The notes under the pieces are model-generated. The model was not told the origin of the DNA and did not search any database. It saw only the letters and a list, made by a program, of their open reading frames with translations. Shown piece by piece: positions 1 to 11,239 of a stretch of 64,000 nt of DNA. This DNA is from Octopus sinensis (taxonomy: Eukaryota). Positions within the stretch are counted from its first letter, which is position 1, and each line of letters opens with the position of its first letter. Made by a program: the position numbers and the translations under genes. The stretch covers positions 25,420,001 through 25,484,000 of the forward strand of contig NC_043000.1 in assembly GCF_006345805.1 (NCBI RefSeq). The letters run 5' to 3'.

Positions 1-1346
1 ATGAGCTCAGTATCTTTAGTGTATACGGCTATTATGCCTTTTTCTTCTTTTTCTCTTCTGGCAGTCTTTTTGGTCGTTGTTCTGTAGTAGTCGCCGCTCT
101 CGGCTGGGTTGCTGGTTGTATTTTTCTTTTGTTTGTTGTTTTTTTCTCATCTGTTTCTTCTTTATCTTCTTCCTCTTTGTCTTTTTTCTCCTCTTCCTCC
201 TCTTCTTCATTTTCCTTGCAGTTCCTTCGAATGTGGCCTAATTGACCACATAAAAAACATCGAGGTTTTCGGCCCTCAACAAACACCACGAGGTTCTCCT
301 CCCCTACCTCAATTGTCTCAGGAATTGTTTGAATTATTTTAGGGTCCGCTTGAATGAGAAGATTAATTGTTTTACCATCCCAGCGTGGGTTTTCCGTAGC
401 GGTAGCCTGGAGGAGAGTAATTTTTTCTACCTCTTTGATTAGGACTGCCGCCAACAACCACATAGGTTCGACCTCTGGCGGGACCCTTGTAATTTTTATT
501 CGCGACGTCCTCATCCCCATATAATAGGGTATTAACTCCACGTCGTTCGTTTTCAACGTTTCCACTGAGTTCTTGTGTGCTATTTCTTTATTGGTGAACC
601 TTACTTCCACCGTTCCGAATTTTTTTCCTCTTCTCAGAAATACTACGTCGCCCAATATTGGCTTTAAGCACTTTTCTATTTTCTCTTCTGACATTCTTTC
701 AATTTTTCTATTTTGTAGACAATATGTTTTGAAAATTATTGTTTTTTGCTTTTCTTCCTGTAATAACTTTTGCGGAGGTTCAATTTTCACACTGTTGTCA
801 TTTATTTCCATCATTTTGCTGTATTTCATAATTTCGCTTTTATTCGTCGACAGTATCTGGGTTCCACCCCCAGCAGCCAACGCAAAACTTTTTTTCCATT
901 TTTTGGTTCTATCTGGATGCTAGGCACATCAATTATTCTCTTCGACACAATGCCTTTGTTCTCTGGCAAAGTCGGAAACTCTTCTGGTGAAAGTTCTGAC
1001 GAGCTCTCAGACACATCTCCAAAAATATCAAATATATTATCCTCTCTGCTATTCCTTCTTGTAGCGGGGGAAACCCCTATTTCCTTGTCTGTAGTTGGCT
1101 CCTCGCCGGACATGTATTTCCTCCTCTCAACAGGAGAAACAAGTATTTCTGCTCCAACGGTAGGCTCCATGCTAGACGACATTCTTCCCCCCAAAGGGGG
1201 AATGAACAACGCGTGCTACCACAAGCACTAAGTGTTTTCAATTGAAAACTCCAACAGTTAAGTTATTCAACAGTTTAACAAGAAACAACAGTTGTTAACA
1301 ATATTAACACCACGAAACAGCAATTCTTACTTCACGAACACATGCG
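1..1346 (-). mobile_element. 5' part of a Tx1/L1-clade non-LTR retrotransposon (ORF1 with CCHC zinc knuckle); runs off the window to the left
   Basis: ORF 32..880 has VFVEGRKPRCFLCGQLGHIRRNC and an RRM-like middle region; upstream ORF 826..1209 is offset by one frame; 5' UTR abuts a SINE head at 1347. Confidence 0.7.
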
Positions 1347-1409
1347 CGGCAGACGAAATACGGCTACGCATTTCGCCCGACGTGCTAACGTTTCTGCCAG
1401 CTCACCGCC
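1347..1409 (-). mobile_element. tRNA-derived head of SINE family C, truncated by the Tx1-like element
   Basis: ggcggtgagctggcagaaacgttagcacgtcgggcgaaatgcgtagccgtatttcgtctgccg matches heads at 24358 and 58886; homology ends after ctgccg. Confidence 0.85.
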
Positions 1410-3489
1410 AAATGCATCATCGAAATCTCAAAGTTACAAGATAATGTATTATTAAGTGGAAACAATGCGAGTTAATAAGCATTATATTTGACAGAATAAT
1501 CTGAATGCTAAAGGGTTAATAACACATAAACACCAACAAAATAGTCATGATAGTGTAATAAAGTGACATACACGAGGACTAATTTAAACGCAGGCCTACA
1601 TTTACACCTCAAGAGCTGCCTTTATTTAAGCAAAAAAGCCGTCACTTTGGTTGTGGCCAGCTTAAATTTTGCCCAAAAAGTATTTAAGTAACATCCAAAG
1701 GAAAACATAAATATACGTATATATATTTGTTTGGAGAGGAATTATTGTGCTTTTCAGGAAATTTTATAGTCAGCTCCACGTGGCCGCTGACACGGTGAGA
1801 TTCTGGGTTCGTTTGTTTCTGTTTTGTTTTTTCTTTTACTCGGTTTGAAAAGAGAGTTCTCGAAACAAAACGTTCTGAAGTAGAAGACTTGCTTCCACTT
1901 AATAGAATTATGTAACAGTTCCAAATAATTCGTTCTTTGTATAAATATTTGTTGGACAATATTAACGAAAAATACTTCGCTAAGACTAATTATAGTGTAC
2001 TTTGTGAAGTAAGTACATCGCCGGTGATTTATATGTGTCTGTGTGAGTGCAATTAATGAGATATGCATGTGTGAGGGAGAAACAATAAAGGCAGTGCAAG
2101 GGAAACAGTTATTAATGGTTAAGCTAATCTTTAAAGAACTTTAAAAGCAAAGAGAGAAAATGGAGATAAAAATGTTAGCGTGTTAATCCAATTGCTATGT
2201 TTTCTGTTGTTCCAATTTAACCATTTGGAGATATATAATTACAAAGTAGAAATTTGGAACAATAGCTTCAATAAGTAGGCATCTCTAATTGCTAATTTAA
2301 TCCACTATAATTATAATATTTCTCATTCAATGCTTGCAGTAGAGATTCGGAAAGGAATTACTATGTATATAAGAAATAGCGTGACTGAGATTAGACAATT
2401 AGATTTGAAATACAACAGATGCTGTTTCTTTAAAGAACCGGGTGTGTTTGAAAACAAAATTGTGTCACGTTTCCCTTCGTGTTTTCTGAATGTGTAGAGG
2501 TGTTGAAAATATCCAATTTCAAAACAATTTTCAGTGAATCCCGTATAAGATCTGAGAGAACTATTGTTCTTGGGTTAGATTTATATAGTTTAAAGCTTTC
2601 GATAGACGATTAACATTTAGAGGATAATTATTTGGGATGGAACAGTAGGAAACAAAAGAAAGATTACAGTTGTTAGATGGAACTTGCAAATTTTTTTACA
2701 TCACTAGCTGACCTTATTTAAATTACTACTAAAAGGAATTATTTATGAATAAAAAACTTATTTATGATTTATCATAAAAATAATTTTGATAATTTGATTT
2801 AAGGATAGTCGCTCCAAAATATCTCAGAGGAATTACTCATTTTAAATCCTGAGCTTTTCATACATAAAGTAGCAACACAATGAAATAGCTTTCGTGAGTC
2901 ACATTATAACAAAGCTTACAAACTACGTCCAGCTCTTGAAAGAGAAATATACGGAAATTGTCATAAGTGTAAATTTTTGTGAATGCTAGTAGAAAATATG
3001 TACTCAGCACCGCCAAGGAACGGTTAAACCTCGAAAAATATCATATCCTTGGATTATATCAGAATGCTAAACCAGAGATATTAAACACCTGCATGCACGA
3101 GAAGAAATTTAGTCTCTATCACTAGACACATTCATCTTAAATCCAGCAGTTATCGGCCTGCATGTATCCAGTGGTCCGACTGAAGGAACACTTTAATATG
3201 CTCTCTTCTTTATTTCTTTTCTTTTTTTACTATTTTCATCTTTTGTTCTTTGTGTGCCTTGTTATCTCTATCTACTTTCTTTCTATTTATTCGTTTATTT
3301 TACTTGCTTGTTTGTTTGGGGTTTTTTTCATTTGTTTCATTGCTAGCAATTTTAAGCTCTACCGTAAATTATTCAAATTGTGTTATTTTTATTATAAAAA
3401 CAGCTCAAAAACTAAACGGAATAACTCATTTAAGATTTTTTAGAGTGCCTTCCTAAGATGAAAATTCTTGCAAGTAAAATATTTTTAAA

Positions 3490-3527
3490 ATGCATACCGT
3501 TTTCGTAAATTTACTAATCATTGCTTT
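3490..3527 (-). ncRNA. Second copy of the AUGAUUA-core hammerhead
   Basis: AAAGCA-AUGAUUA-GUAAAUUUAC-GAAAA-CG-GUA-UGCAU; 172 nt from the 3661 copy. Confidence 0.6.
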
Positions 3528-3660
3528 GAATGCCTTTTTTAAAAATCAAAAAGTAAAGGCTTTTTTTTATGAAAAGTAACGATAGATATATACAATTAGA
3601 TGAACTGAGGTAGGAATAAAAGTAATAAAAGTCATTATTGTGAATTGTTAAAGAGATTTA

Positions 3661-3699
3661 AAAGCATACAGGTTTCGTAAATTTACTAATCATTGCTTT
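3661..3699 (-). ncRNA. Minimal type I hammerhead ribozyme, variant core AUGAUUA
   Basis: AAAGCA-AUGAUUA-GUAAAUUUAC-GAAAC-CU-GUA-UGCUUU: 6-bp stem I, G10.1-C11.1 stem II, 2-bp stem III, GUA triplet. Confidence 0.7.
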
Positions 3700-4386
3700 G
3701 AATGCACACCGATTAATGAACGGTGTCAGGTCTACTAGTCCCTGAGTAAAAAGATTATGTCTAAGGGAGGTAAGTAGTTCTAGATTTGGTGCAATTAGGG
3801 TAGATAAAGATCTGTAATGTGAATGGTGTATGGGATGTATAGGGGTAAGTCGTATTAATTGAAAGGTTAGTAGTGTTCTATATTATGTCATGCGTTCATA
3901 TTGAGTTGGGGAAGATATTTATTGATGAAAGTTGCCTCTTTATTCATTCTTTGTTGTACTGAGGTCGTCTTTGAAAATTGATAGAAGGGGAAAATTAGGA
4001 TTAAGATTCCTAGCACACCTTTCTATGTGTTCACTAACCTGTATCTGTCTGTATTGTGGGTGGTAGATTTGTTCTTTGTAGAGACTGGTTCTTCGACAGA
4101 GTGATATTCCTGTTTGGCCAATATAATTATTACCACACCCTAAAGCATGTAATGGCGTAGATTAGATTTTCCAATGAACAGATGAAACTTGATTTGATCT
4201 TAAATATTTCACCTTGTTTAAAGTGGAATTCTGAACCACAGTTAAGTCGACCACATTTTTTCACTTTTGGTTCTGTTGTTAATGGATATAGTCTTGCGCT
4301 GGCTAATATTTTGTTCAGTGATTTAGGTTGCATTTTGCTTTTCATAATTTTGTATGAGCTTAAAATTTTGCACATTGTTTTTATTC

Positions 4387-4425
4387 AAAGCGATGATTAG
4401 TAAATTTACGAAAACGGTATGCTTT
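4387..4425 (+). ncRNA. Third (inverted) copy of the AUGAUUA-core hammerhead
   Basis: AAAGCG-AUGAUUA-GUAAAUUUAC-GAAAA-CG-GUA-UGCUUU. Confidence 0.6.
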
Positions 4426-4583
4426 TAAATCTCTTTAACAATTCACAATAATGACTTTTATTACTATTATTCCTCCCTCAGGTTATCTAATTGTATATAC
4501 CTATCGTTACTTTTCATAAAAAGCCTTCTCTTTTTTGATTTCCAATGTGCATTTTCGTTTACTTTTCTTCTTACCTCCCCCTG

Positions 4584-4698
<115 letters not shown>

Positions 4699-5050
4699 GA
4701 GCACTCCTTTGGTTACGATGACGTGGGTTCCAGTTGATCCGATCAACGGAACAGCCTGATCGTGAAATTAACGTGCAATTGGCTGAGCACTCCACAGACA
4801 CGTGTACCCTTAACGTAGTTCTCGGGGAGATTCAGCGTAACACAAAGTGTGACAAGGCTGGCCCTTTGAAATAAAAGTACAACAGAAAGAGTGAGAGAAA
4901 GTTGTGGTGAAAGAGTACAGCAGGGTCCTCCACCACTCCTGCCGGGGCCTCGTGGAACTTTAGGTGTTTTCGCTCGATAAACACTCAACGCCCAGTCAGG
5001 GAATCGAAACCGCGAGTCCGCTGCCCTAACTACTGGGCCATTGTGCCTCC
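4699..5050 (-). mobile_element. SINE family B (tRNA-Arg-like head)
   Basis: Head ggaggcacaatggcccagtagttagggcagcggactcgcgg...ttcgattccc with A/B-box-like motifs and TCG anticodon-like triplet; homologous to 14963-15312. Confidence 0.8.
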
Positions 5051-5102
5051 ACACACACACACACACGTGTGTGTGTGTGTGTGTGTATACAGAGAGATAG
5101 AT

Positions 5103-5140
<38 letters not shown>

Positions 5141-5914
5141 AGGGTGAGTAAGGAAGAGATATAACACTATAACAAAATTAAATGCTGAATGCTTAAAGTA
5201 TATAAAATACATTTTTAAAATATCAACTTAAGATTAAGGATATCTTTAGTAGATATTATATTACGTTAAGGACCGGGTCTATATTGTGATAAGAAGTGGG
5301 TGCTTTGGCCCTCCGTTTCAAAATTTGAAATTAGATTAAAACATTATGCGTAGTTGCCTGACAAACGTTACGTTCGACAACTGTGGATTTGATTCGTTTA
5401 ATTCATTTATGAAACATCCAGATTCGAAAATGCCACATTGAATTAATACGAATATGTTCCATGTTATAATAATGTATTTTATTGAAATTTAGGATCCAGA
5501 GTGGAATGGTTTAAAGCTATCGATTTAAAATTAAGTACATCAAGAATTAAATTTATGATAGAAAGTCCAAAGTCCGTTCCGTAATGTAATTAATTGAAAT
5601 ATGTACATGCACGGATGTTTTTGGTTTTAATTATATAAAATATCTTAAAATGGGAAATATCGTAAAATATCGTAAAATGGGAAAAATACTAAGGATATAT
5701 GTATTAAAAATGTTAAATATCATAGACTTTTATACTGTGTCATGAGTATATTATTCAGGCGTGGGCTGGCTATGTGAATACGAAGCTTGCTTACTAACCA
5801 CATGGTCTCTGGTTCAGTCCCACTGCGCAGCCACATGGGAAAGTGTTTTCTACTATATTCCCGGGTCAACCTATGACTCGGGGGTGAATTTGGTAGTCCG
5901 TCGTATATTTATTC

Positions 5915-6338
5915 ATTTATTTGTTTTAGTGATCTTAACTGCGGCCATGTTGGAGCACCACCTTTAATCGAACCAGTCGACCCCAGGACTAGTACTTATT
6001 CTATCGGTCTCTTAGTACTTATTCTGTCTCTTAGCCGAGCCGCTAAGTTACTGGGACGTAAACACACCAACATCGGTTGTCAAGCGATAGTTAGGGACAA
6101 ACATACGCACACACACACACACACATATATATATGTATGCATATATGTATGTATATATATATATATATATATACACGTCGGGCATCTTTCAGTTTTCGTC
6201 TACCAAATCCACTCACAAGGCTTTAGTCGGCCCGTGACTATAGTAGAAGACACTTGCCCAAGGTGCTACACAGTGGGACTGAACCCGGAACCATGTGGTT
6301 GGTAAGCAAACTACTTACCACACAGCCACTCCTGCGCC
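5915..6338 (-). mobile_element. SINE family A (tRNA head, CORE-like domain, internal microsatellite, CR1-like tail)
   Basis: ggcgcaggagtggctgtgtggtaagtag...ggttcagtccc head; caccttgggcaagtgtctt resembles the CORE gaccttgggcaagt motif; many homologues in window. Confidence 0.85.
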
Positions 6339-6369
6339 TATATATCTATATATATATACACACACACAC

Positions 6370-6545
6370 ACACATATTATGTATGTGTGTATGTATGTAT
6401 TATGTATGTATGTATGTATGTATGTATGTATGTATGTATGCATGTATGTATTTATGCATGTATGTATTTATGCATGTATGTATTTATGCATGTATGTATG
6501 TATGTATGTATGTATGTATGTATGTATGTATGCATGTATGTATAC
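6370..6545. repeat. (TATG)n / (TGCA)-interrupted microsatellite
   Basis: Direct reading. Confidence 0.95.
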
Positions 6546-6899
6546 AACGGGCTTCAGTACAGTTTTTGTCTAATAAACTCCACTCACGACGTATTGGTCA
6601 ACCAGAAGTTTTAGGATTTGTAAAGTGGAATCGAACACGGAACCATAATTTTGAGATGCAAACCATTTAACCACGAAATCATGCAAGCACCCGAAATGCA
6701 TGATGGGAACAGAGGAAACAAACAAAATCTAGTTGCAAACAAAGAGAATAAAAATCTTAAACATCGTTAACCTAAACCACGAAGTTCGACTTGACACTCA
6801 AAACTACAAAATAATAACAATAAAATCATAAATAACAATGTAAAAAAACAATAAAATCCAACGCTAGCACCGCAACTATATATTGACCCATATATTCTG

Positions 6900-7511
6900 A
6901 AGCTGAATCATACAAACAGTGAAATATTGAAGACTGCTCCCAACTATGGTCACCACACAATATAAAGTTAACAGCAGAACTCGAAGCAATCCACGAAGCT
7001 ACACTAAGAAGATCGTCTCAATGCAACATATCAGCTACTGGGAAAGACTGAAAGTATTAAAACTCTTCTCCCTGGAGCGAAGGCAGGAGAGATATGCAGT
7101 GATATACATCTGGAAAATCCTGGAGGGTCTTGTCCAGAATTTTGGCATTCAAAGTTACCCCAACAGCAGAACGGGGCACCACTGCAAGGTGCCAAAGGCC
7201 CCAACCTCACCATCAAAATACAGGACCAGATACTGCAACAGCTTGGGGTTCAGGGGTCCACAGCTCTTCAATATCCTTCCTAAATGCCTGAGAGACCTGC
7301 ATGGTGTGGATGCGGGTTTCTTTAAAACTAAACTGGATCTCTTCTTGTCAAGGGTTCCAGATGAACCTACCTTTCAGCAAGAAACACAGATGCGGGCAGC
7401 GGCGTCAAACTCCCTTGTTGATCAAGTGCCACGTATCAGAGATGGTTTCACATGCTAGTGTAACTCATTCAACGGTGGTGCCCCAGCATAGCCGCAGCTT
7501 TCGAGCTGAAA
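6900..7511 (+). mobile_element. 3' end of a CR1-like LINE (C-terminal ORF2 fragment plus tail)
   Basis: ORF 6946..7458 with SYWERLKVLKLFSLERRQERY, GPQLFNILP, FKTKLDLFL typical of CR1/L2 ORF2 ends; hairpin tail at 7473-7511. Confidence 0.85.
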
Positions 7512-7894
7512 TATTTTTAAGGATTTAAGGATTTAATATACAACTTTAAAGATGGAAATTGTAAATGAGACAAACATATAAAGGTAGAAATAGTTAAAGA
7601 ATTAAATTGGATAGATGTTTCTATGACTGCAATAAAAGAACTGCCCATGGATAAAACAGCGACGAAATAGCAACAACATTGGTGAAAGCTAAAATGAAAA
7701 CCTAGCCATCGTAGATTTAGCAAAAACTGATACGAACATCAATATCACCGAATAATGTATGCAGTCACTGCAGTAATTACAAAGGACATGGATATTCCTT
7801 TAGATCTATTCATATACGAATATTAAAACTTAATGCAAACAACGTAGAAAGCAAACGCAAAGAAGATGAGGAAGAAAGAAATAAAATAAAACAG

Positions 7895-8400
7895 CTCGAT
7901 CCTTTATGAAATCGATGAAGAAAAGATATAAATGGAGAAAATTGTACGGCGAAATATTGCAGGATTATAACATAAGAGAAAAAGAAATATTCGAAATAAA
8001 AGAATGTCTGCAACGAGATATGCTCGATAAATCGCAAAGAATCCGTCGTTGTGAAAGACGACAACGATTCTTTGCAGAAAACAAACAGTTCGACTCCAAT
8101 CTAAAATGATTTTATGAAGACTTAGGTAAAAAAAAATAAATAGATAAAACAGAAATCAATGTAATTTGCAACAGCAAAAGAAGTCGAGGAATTTTGTTAG
8201 GAAATAAGGACAGCAAAAGAGATTGCTACGGATAAAAGTGTCCAGGACAACAAATGCAGCAGCGTGAGAAACCATTCATCTGAAAATCTATTCCAGACGT
8301 TACAGCAAATAACCAACTCGAAGGCACCAAGAAGTGATAAAGTCCTTCATTTCGGGTTGAAAATACTTTTAACAGGTGCCACTAGAACATGCACCTTCAC
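7895..8400 (+). pseudogene. Decayed non-LTR RT fragment, R4/Dong-like
   Basis: QRIRRCERRQRFFAENKQF..FYEDL and LQQITNSKAPRSDKVLHFGLKYF resemble the NWKAPGxDxIxxFWLK region upstream of the RT; stops and frameshifts. Confidence 0.45.
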
Positions 8401-8512
8401 ATCGTGGAAAAAAAGTACTTATAGCATATAGATAAATTTATATATATGAATTTTTTGCGTAATGAGATAAAAAAACCAAGGCTGTATAGATATTAGACCA
8501 TTTATAGACAGA

Positions 8513-8566
8513 AGGTTTTACAGCTGTTTCTAGGATATTAATTAATAATATCCTTTCATCGGAGAC
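8513..8566 (-). ncRNA. Degenerate minimal hammerhead (core CCGAUGA)
   Basis: CCGAUGA-A-AGGAUAUU/AAUAUCCU stem II-A-GAAAC-AGCU-GUA; palindromic stem III ACAGCUGU; stem I weak. Confidence 0.5.
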
Positions 8567-10081
8567 GGTGTGAGAGGAAAAATTAAGTCATAGTTAGTTT
8601 CGATGTGATACAAATAGAGAGTGAGGTGGAGGAAAGAAAATAGATGTAAGATATGTATGGTTGATGAATTCGTAAATCCGTTTCATAGGCATAATGGTAT
8701 ATATGTGTAATATTCCAATATACTTTGAGTAAAATCCAAAGTCCAACAGAGTTTAGTATGAGTCCATCCAGATATAGAGTTTATTTATTTATATATTTAG
8801 GCAATAACTTTACAACAACGATACGAGTTTCCTGATGTTTATATTTCTTCATGGTGACTGGTGAATTCGTACAGTTGTCTGCTTCGTTGTCATTGGTTAG
8901 TTGCTGATTGAGTGATATTATTGTTATTTAACCTCAGGTTAATTCTAATAAAGTATGTCTGTACTTCCCACTCCAGTGAAATTCCTCTCTCCTTTATCAT
9001 ATGTACATACTTTCGAACGTAGCAGGTAACAGCTAACCTTTGGACGCTATGTTCACCATTCTGATTAGTTAGTATTGGCGCAATTTGTCTCTTATTCTAG
9101 CGCCTCAATATGCAACCTAACCAATCGAAGTCCCTGAATAAGATCGCGTGAGACAGTCAGTTCTAAACTCCAATTTGAGCCTGCTGTGACTTATAAAAAC
9201 TCAGCTTTTTGTCTTAAGGTCTTTGGTTCCAGACCTTCTAAGGTCAAGCCACTGACCACACGACACAGCCAGTTCCACCAACGACGCCAGACAACACCCG
9301 TCCAACAGCATTACAGCGAACTCCATCTTCGTCGCCACCATCATGTCTCTCTCCAACGTCGTCAACAACATCTCTACGTACACAGTACCAGCCACACTGC
9401 ACAGGTTCTAACATAGCGCTGTTCGTGAGCTACCTCACCATGGTCAACAGCAAGAATACAACCCATACAGATGTATGTAAGTATATGAATAAATGTTCTC
9501 CAAGACTTATACTCGGTTGTGTCTCTTCTCTTTTCCAACTGGTACATTATATGTATCATTTCAGCCTTCTGATATGAGCCGATATTAGATGGTGACACTA
9601 CGACCATCTATAATGGTGACCACGACCGTCTATATCCCTATGATCAAAGATCTCCTAGTTTTAGCTATCACTTTATTTTATTTATTTTTTTTTTTGCACA
9701 TGTCCTAATTTGTCCCTTTTCAAAACAGTGTGGTGTATAATTTGAAGAAGATTTTACTTCTATTTCAAATAAGTCGAGCACCTTCGAAACTTCGTGGCTT
9801 TTCGAAGAATAACCTGGCAGCCAGTCTCCTGTATTCTGTACTTCTCTAGTTAGAAGGAAATTATTTAAATAGTTGTTTTCATGTCTACACTTGTACACTA
9901 TCTCTTCTCTTTTGTTGAACGTCCCAAAAAGCTAGATAAGGATGCTGTGTTTCCCGGACAGGAGACAGGCAAAAGTGACATTATATTCAAGGTTACAAAG
10001 TTTCCATATTACTTTTCCTTTGATTTAATTAAATGGTGTTATTTCATTTTTTATATTTATATATTTTTACATAGTTTACTT

Positions 10082-10510
10082 AGTGGCTGTGTGGTAAGTA
10101 GTTTGCTTAGCAACCACATGGTTCCGGGTTCATTCCCACTGTGTGGCACCTTGGGCAAGTGTCTTCTACTATAGCCTCGGGCCGACCAAAGCCTTGTGAG
10201 TGGATTTGGTACACGAAAAGTGAAAGAAGCCCGTCGTATATATAGATAGATAGATAGAGAGAGAGATGTATGTGTATGTATATGTATATTTGTGTGTATT
10301 TATATGTTTGTGTTTTCCACCCACCCACCCCCAACATCGCTTGACAACCGATGCTGGTGTGTATTTACGTCCCCGTAACTTAGCGGTTCGGCAAAAGAGA
10401 CCGATTGAATAAGTACTAGGCTTACAAAGAATAAGTCTTGGGGTCGATTCACTCGACTAGAGGCGGTGATCCAGCATGGCCACAGTCAAATGACTGAAAC
10501 AAATAAAAGA
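10082..10510 (+). mobile_element. SINE family A copy
   Basis: Head gtggctgtgtggtaagtag to tail cagtcaaatgactgaaacaaataaaaga. Confidence 0.85.
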
Positions 10511-11239
10511 GATTGTATATTGAATGATGCAATTCATACAATATAAAATTGTTTGTGGCGATGATAATGATAAATAAACGCGAAAGACACAAAAATTCTT
10601 ATAACGTTACGAAACAGATAATAACGCTGAAAATTGAATAATACAGTTGTACGTGAAATTGACCAAAACGGGTTTACATCATACGTATAGCCATACAAAC
10701 AGTCACACATACAGATGCGGGTATGCGCGCGTATATGTATAAAATAGAGCTGAGATAGATTTGATGACAAAGAATGCCGGGAGCAATGAGAACGACGTTT
10801 CAGTAATTTGCAGAGATAAGAAATTATGAAACAAGAAGATAAGTAATTTTGTCTACAAATATCTTCTTGTGTGCTGTTCAAATTGCTTTTATTTATACAT
10901 AAAATTTCCCATCGTCTTCCGGAGGTATCTTGTTTATGTTCTTGTAAAGAAAAAGGAAGATGGTTGCGAAAGAAAAAGGGAGAGAGAGAGAGAAAAGAGA
11001 AATAAGTGCAACGGAAGAAAAGTAAAGAGAAAAACAAAGGTAAATGGAAGTAATTGATGAGAGCCCCAGGCGTATCATCAGGTTGATCTTGATTTAAGTA
11101 TTATATAGTTAACTAAACTTATACCTACATATGATTTTTTTTTTTTTTTGAAGAAATTTGCATAGTGATCGTTCAAAATTTGCGAACCGGAAACATCTTG
11201 GATTGCACGGAAACAGATAATGGAAACAATTATATTCGA

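Larger units (their letters stand above)
3490..4535 (-). mobile_element. 5'-truncated Penelope-like element with decayed GIY-YIG endonuclease and tandem plus inverted pseudo-LTRs
   Basis: Frameshifted NLIYAITC/GCGNNYIGQTG...VSEHIERC/KEATFINKYLPQLN at about 3880-4200; about 160-bp repeat at 3545-3702 inverted at 4380-4535; partial tandem copy at 3490-3530. Confidence 0.85.
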
